A DNA stretch of 38,506 nucleotides, taken from Octopus bimaculoides. Its lineage: Eukaryota. Each line of letters starts with the position of its first letter. Positions within the stretch are counted from its first letter, which is position 1. Shown here piece after piece: positions 36,007 through 38,506 of the stretch. The position numbers and the translations under genes were made by a program. The notes below the pieces were generated by a model, which was not told the origin of the DNA, made no database searches, and saw only the letters and a program-made list of their open reading frames with translations. The stretch is taken from the NCBI RefSeq assembly GCF_001194135.2, contig NC_068989.1, positions 90,018,588-90,057,093 on the forward strand, read 5' to 3'.

Positions 36007-36199
36007 ACACACGCATCCGCACTCGCATACTCACATACACACACACAAAAACATACGCACAAACATGCACATGTGCACACACACACACAAACACAGACAT
36101 GCACATAAATAAACAAACGTATACACGCGCACACACATACATATACACACACATACGCGTACACGTAAACATACACACAAACACATACACAAAGAGGTG

Positions 36200-36960
36200 T
36201 GGTACATCGGCGCTAAAAGTCTGGCTTAGAGTCTGTGCTGTTTCATGGCCGGAAAACATTGAATACTTGCTTGGGGGTTTCTCAGGCCTAAGGGATCCAA
36301 TACTAATTAGTGCGGATGTATAAGTGCAGACCCCGGTGTATTAATCTACCCGGAAGGCAATACTTGGGAGTGGGGTGGACAACAGTGTCAAGGCAGTCCT
36401 GTAGGAAGGGATAACACTTTTGTAACATGTCAGCTGGAAGTTTACCACCAGGAAATTTGTGGGGTGAAAATCTTCGTCATGTACTTTTCTCGGTAATTGC
36501 AGAAGACATTAATCACAGCTGTGAATGAATGCCCTCGAGGGGTAACCGTTCATGCAATAGACCGGCGTCCTGTTCAGAGGTTAATGTTATAATCACGATT
36601 ACTTGTGTGTCATGGAAAATGGGTAACCGCTCTTATGAACTCTAGGGTTTAAGGGCAAATTGATGGGTGCAGGAAAAACAAGGGATAGAAAGGAATTCCA
36701 AAGGGATGATGTTGTGGAGGGATGAAGGACTGAGTGAAATAATCATTTAGGGCCTGAGTGGGGGGTGCGGAGAAACGAGTAATTATGGAATACCCGAGTA
36801 CGGTGTCACAAACCAGCCTGCTTCCTGGAGATCAACCGACTTTAATGGCGATAAAAAAAGTGCACGAACAGAATGAGACAAGAGGCCTGTAAGAGCCAGA
36901 GATTGGTGCGTACTGAGGAGTGGCGACTCAATACCAACAACTTCAGGGGTTTTTCATGTG
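36200..36960 (-). mobile_element. Possible very decayed retroelement (Penelope-like RT) remnant
   Basis: Weak motif echoes only (GKLP, PGRLI, TFSADV); higher GC and non-repetitive. Confidence 0.25.
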
Positions 36961-37578
36961 CTCCAGAATGTTCTTATATGTAAAATTGTCTCATAAGGAA
37001 GAGTTAGTATGTCATTGTAATGTGTAGAATATATATTCAGTATCAAGTATTGAAATGGCTGCGTGTATATTATTAGAAGAATTCTTACAAAGAAGAAGAA
37101 TAAATTTAAGAACTATATATTTACTACATAAAAATATATTTTATTCATTGGTCGTTGATAAAATATAATCAAAAATGTAGAATCTAGTTGAATGAAGTAA
37201 TCTATGCAAGGAAGTTCAGAGATAGAAAATGTAGAAATAACAGCTAAGTGGTGGTTTTCAGTCATATGGCATAGAGAAATAGACGGACATAGCAATGACA
37301 TGAATGGCTCTGAGTCTAATTGACTAAGAAGCAAAGAGCAGAGTTAGCAAGCTGGTTTTATTAATGGAATGCTAGACATTCTAGAAACTTCCAAGAGAAA
37401 CACAAAGCTCCTTGGATAACTGAGAACTACTTCTCATGATGTAGATGTTTTGAGAAACTTATTAAAGGGAGATTACTCTATAAAACTTTCTGCAAGATAG
37501 ATCATTCAACTGTTTTAGCCACAGACCATAGACTACTACGCCACTGAGGGTTTTACTTGAATTTTGTAAAAAGGTTAG

Positions 37579-37670
37579 TACTGTAATTGCCGACGTATAA
37601 GACGCGATTTATTTATTTATAAGTATCGAAAAATTACCTTGCGTCTAATGCGGCCGTATTATATACAGAT
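37579..37670. mobile_element. Tc2/pogo-like DNA transposon end
   Basis: TActgtaattgccgacgtataagacgc with an inverted internal copy gcgtctaatgcggccg. Confidence 0.55.
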
Positions 37671-38147
37671 GGGAGACCGAGTGCCGTAGAGTAGGGCAAT
37701 AATTGTTACTAATAAATAAAATGTTTAAAATAAATCAAACTTTAATAGATTGTTAGCACAAACTTGCGAAAAAATCCCTTACGATTCAATTATTTGAGAT
37801 CATATATAAGCCTTTCCTAGTTTATATAAACCACACCTAATGTGTTTTACATTATTTAATGACTGTGCTACCTTTAAGAAACATTTTTGTAGTTATTTAA
37901 GTGAAAAAGTCTCCTAGAAAGCTGAAAGGAATGTTTAAAATTTTTCCATTCACCTGCCAATAGATGACAACAAAATCATAACAGTGGTGCAGCACCCTGG
38001 TAGCTGATTGCGGGTTATACGAAACGTCACAGCCAGAAACACGTGTTTCACATCCTGTATCGCAATTCTATTGACCAAAATATGGACAATTATGCAGATG
38101 ATGTGAAAGAAGATAAAATTGAAGTGTGGCACTCCCGTAACATAGTT

Positions 38148-38273
38148 TATTCTTTCATTCTTTCATTTGTTTCAGTCATTTGACTGCGGCCATGCTGGAG
38201 CACCGCCTTTAGTCGAGCAAACCGACCCCGGGACCTATTCTTTGTAAGCCTAGTACTCATTCTATCGGTCTCA
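38148..38273 (-). mobile_element. SINE family A, 3' portion
   Basis: gtttcagtcatttgactgcggccatgctggagcaccgcctttagtcgagc. Confidence 0.92.
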
Positions 38274-38506
38274 GCAGAACGGCGAAAATATGAAATCATG
38301 TTTCTAAAGTTTAACATGTAAGTTCTTGTTGTTGTTGTTGTTGTTGCTGCTTAAATTCTAATATTGGAGTTTTGTTGCCTCGCCAAACACATTTCTTTTA
38401 CTATGGGAAGAATTCAAAGAATTAAAAGAGAAAGCGTGCATACATGCAATACAAGCACACACACACACACACACAGATAGATAGATAGATGCGTTCATAC
38501 ATATAT

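Overview
This is a eukaryotic, AT-rich, repeat-saturated window with no supportable host protein-coding gene. About 6.8 kb (~18%) is N, in 19 assembly gaps. The SINE families and microsatellite load match what I recognise from octopus (coleoid cephalopod) genomes; this is inference, not a database result. Almost all ORFs in the track are microsatellite or gap artefacts. Real content: three tRNA-derived SINE families (my labels A, B, C; about 20 copies or fragments), three fragments of an R4/Dong-type RLE retrotransposon, a decayed Penelope-like element (RT plus C-terminal GIY-YIG), Penelope-associated short repeats, a mariner MITE, Tc2/pogo-like ends, a foldback element and long di-, tri- and tetranucleotide arrays. 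The best second-look items are a type I hammerhead ribozyme candidate with an extended stem II (25557-25676), a possible LINE partner sharing a module with SINE C, a hairpin shared between SINE families A and B, and an R4/Dong insertion flanked by (TACA)n. I see no clear novel multi-gene system. Coordinates were read by eye and repeat ends are approximate (+/-10-20 bp).
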